From Camelus dromedarius (Eukaryota), in contig NC_087437.1 in assembly GCF_036321535.1 (NCBI RefSeq), positions 40,860,001-40,924,000 of the forward strand: DNA of 64,000 nt, given 5' to 3'. The position numbers and the translations under genes are program-made. Below the pieces are notes generated by a model that saw only the letters and a program-made list of their open reading frames with translations, made no database searches and had not been told where the DNA came from. Shown one piece after another: positions 61,305 through 64,000 of this stretch (its first letter is position 1; every line of letters begins with the position of its first letter).

Positions 61305-61600
61305 CGGTTCAATTTAGTTCAACCAGTATTTATTAAACTTGACCTTTGTGTCAGGCACGATATTCTAGGCTTAGGGGACACAATGACAATTAAGTCTGAT
61401 CCCAGCCCTTGAGGAGCTCACAGTTCAGCAGAACAGGCACATAAGTAGCTCATTTCAAGAGTCAGGTAAGTGCTATCTATCCACAGGGTCCTGGAGGTGA
61501 ACAAATGTTTGGCTAAGCCGGAGTACTCAAGGCCTCAGTCGAGCCTTGACTAATGTGCAGAGGTTATCTAGAGGATAAAGGATCTGGCAGGGGTAGGATG
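61305..61600 (-). mobile_element. L2 3' fragment
   Basis: TTCAACCAGTATTTATT...TGTGTCAGGCAC...CCCAGCCCTTGAGGAGCTCACAG. Confidence 0.65.
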
Positions 61601-61674
61601 TGTTCCGTGTCCTAAAGGAGGTGGCTCTGGCTAACTACAGAGATTTTGTTTTGCCGAAGGGAGTACACACTGTC

Positions 61675-62785
61675 ATTATCACTTATCACTGTTGATGTTA
61701 ACTTGATCACTTGGCTTGGGGTAGTATTTGATTCTCCAATCTAAAGTTTCTCTCCCTTTTCCGCGCCCCTACCCCTGGCCCCTTCCATCTGTACTTTTTG
61801 GAAGATAGTCTCTGTGTACAATCTGCATGTCAGGAGTCAGGAGTTATGCTTCCCCTCCTTAAGGGCTGAGTATCTACATAAATTATTTGGGATTCTTCTG
61901 CATATGTAATTTATTTATTCTTCCCCATTTATTTATATCGGTATGAATTCGTGGATATTTATTTTATATTTTGTGTTATAAGTCAACACTACTTTTTTTG
62001 TTGTTCAGATTTTTCCAGCTTTGGCCACTGGGGGCCCTTTCAGTGGACTTCTGTGTCCCTTTGACACATCCCCATCGTTGTGAGTTTTGATATTTGAGCA
62101 CTTTCTAAGTTTTTGGCTCTGGAGTATCCTGTGTATTTCCTGCTCCAGTCCTAGCCATTTCTCCAAGGAGATGTGGTTCCTTTTGTTGGAGAATGGTATT
62201 GGAAACCAAGATCTGGGTGCAAGGTGTGTTCTTTACTATTGCGGTGTCACTGCTTCTATCCTCTCTTAGCTGATAAAGCAAGGAGATATATGTGTGAATA
62301 TATTTCTTTGGGTATATACACATAACTATAAATATTTCTAATAAAGCCATGTGTATCTAAATCAAGCCAAATATAAGTTCGTACTGATGCCTCCAACTTA
62401 ATCCATTACCACAGGCACCATTCTAGCTTTTTCCCTTTGTAACCTCCCACTCCAATATTGGAAACCCTGGGTCCCACCATCTGCCATCCATTTGCTTAAT
62501 TATTCAGTTCCAGCATACATGTACAGTGGTTTCAGAATTAATAACTTCTACCTCTGTGGGAAACGATGTTATCAACTAGAGTACCATGCTTATGTACCAT
62601 TTATTTAGCCTTTAGTTTTTACAGACTCCACTTATTTCCAAAGTTACTTAGATTAACACTCTTTTCCCTTTAGTGAGGTTGTTTCATACTCTTGTAGAAG
62701 AGTTAGATTGTTTCATCACAATCTATATCCATGCTGGCACTCTCTGACCTTCCGAATGATTTTTTTAAATTTGTATACATTAAGG

Positions 62786-62823
<38 letters not shown>

Positions 62824-64000
62824 CGTAAAGTTCTATGGGTTTTGACAAATACTAAATATCTTGTATTCATCATTACAGTATCATACAGAATAGTTTCACC
62901 ACCCTAAAAAAAAAATCTGTACTTTACTTTTTCAAACCCCACCTCCCCCAGCCCCCTGCCAAACCTCTAGCAACTACTGATTTTTACCATCACTGTAGTC
63001 TTGTCTTTTCAAGAAATGTCAAATCATTGGAATTATACAGTATGCAGCTTTTCCAGGCTGGCTTCTTTCACTTAGTAATATGTACTGAAGATTCACCTAT
63101 GTCTTTACATGGCTCGATAGCTCATTCCTTTTTATCACTAAATAATATTCCAATAAGTGGATATACCACAGTTTATCTGTTCATCAATTGAAAGACATTG
63201 TCACTGTTTCCATTTTTTTGGATATTATGAATAAAGCTGCTATAAACATTCACGTGCAAGTTTTTGTGTGGACATAAGTTTTCTAATCTACCGAGCAAAT
63301 ACCTCACAGAGTGATTACTGGTGATCCTGAAAAACTATTTTTATTTTTGAAGGAAACAGGCAAACTGCTTTCCAGTGTTACTGTATCACTTTGCATTCCA
63401 GTGAGCAACAAATGAGAGTTCCTGTTGTTCCTTCTCCTCACCAGCAACTGGTATTGTCAGACTTGGGGGTTTACCATTCTAATAGATGGGTAGTGTTTTC
63501 TTAAAATTGTTTAATTTGAAATTCCCTAATGACAAATGATACTGAGCATCTTTTTGTATGCTCATTTGCCATTTGTATATCTTCTCTGATGAAATGTCTG
63601 TTCACGTCTTTTCCAATTTTTAAACTGGATTGTTTTCTTATTGTTGAGTCTAACAGTCTTTTGTATATTTTATATGCAAGCCTATTACCAGGTATATGTT
63701 TTGCAAATATTTTCTCCCAATCTGTGACTTGTCTTTTCGTTCTCTTAACAGTGTCTTTTGCAGAGCAGAAGTTTTTATTTTTAAGAAAGTTTAAACATAA
63801 TTTTTAACTCATTTCTATTGGTGTTATATCTAAAAACTTACGACCAGACCCAAGACTATAATTTTTCTCCTACCTTTTCAAGAAGTTCCCTACTTTTGCA
63901 TTTTACATTTAAGCTTGTAATCAATTTTGAGTTAATTCTTGTGAAAAGTGTAGGTCCCTGTTTAAGTTTTGTTTTTTTTTTTTTTTTGCATACGGAAGTT
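61675..64000 (-). mobile_element. Old L1 (L1MC/L1MD-like) 3' UTR and ORF2 end, runs off the window
   Basis: CACTGTTGATGTTAACTTGATCAC, GGAAACCAAGATCTGGGTGC, ATGAATAAAGCTGCTATAAACATTCACGTGCAAGTTTTTGTGTGGACA; ORF 63529-63807 is the typical L1-antisense frame. Confidence 0.88.
62789..62822. repeat. (TG)17 microsatellite inside L1
   Basis: Direct reading of the sequence. Confidence 0.95.

Noticed and set aside
1..64000. CRISPR arrays, operons, prokaryotic or viral systems, intact ERV or transposase genes, CpG-island promoter
   Set aside because: No repeat-spacer arrays, no long intact ORFs and no extended CpG island; the composition is ordinary repeat-rich mammalian non-coding DNA.

Overview
Mammalian nuclear DNA, most likely a camelid (camel/alpaca/vicuna). 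That call rests on four tRNA-Ala-derived SINEs of the Vic-1 type and cetartiodactyl-type L1 3' UTRs. I recognise no protein-coding gene, so the window looks intronic or intergenic; the long ORFs in the track are LINE remnants or chance ORFs. Much of the window is decayed transposable elements (L1, L2, MIR, MaLR/ERVL LTRs, Tigger/Tc2/hAT DNA transposons), several nested 3 deep with readable target-site duplications (TSDs). The most notable items are: a full-length U1 snRNA retrocopy (10006-10172); a 99-bp polyadenylated LTR-transcript fragment with an L1-type TSD (25694-25792); a 43-bp locally templated insertion inside an L1 3' UTR (33089-33131, matching 34959-35001); a perfect 54-bp tandem duplication (43112-43219); and SINE tails with T-rich patches. 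I found no convincing novel multi-gene system. Subfamily names come from recalled consensus motifs, not a database search, and boundaries of old repeats are approximate.
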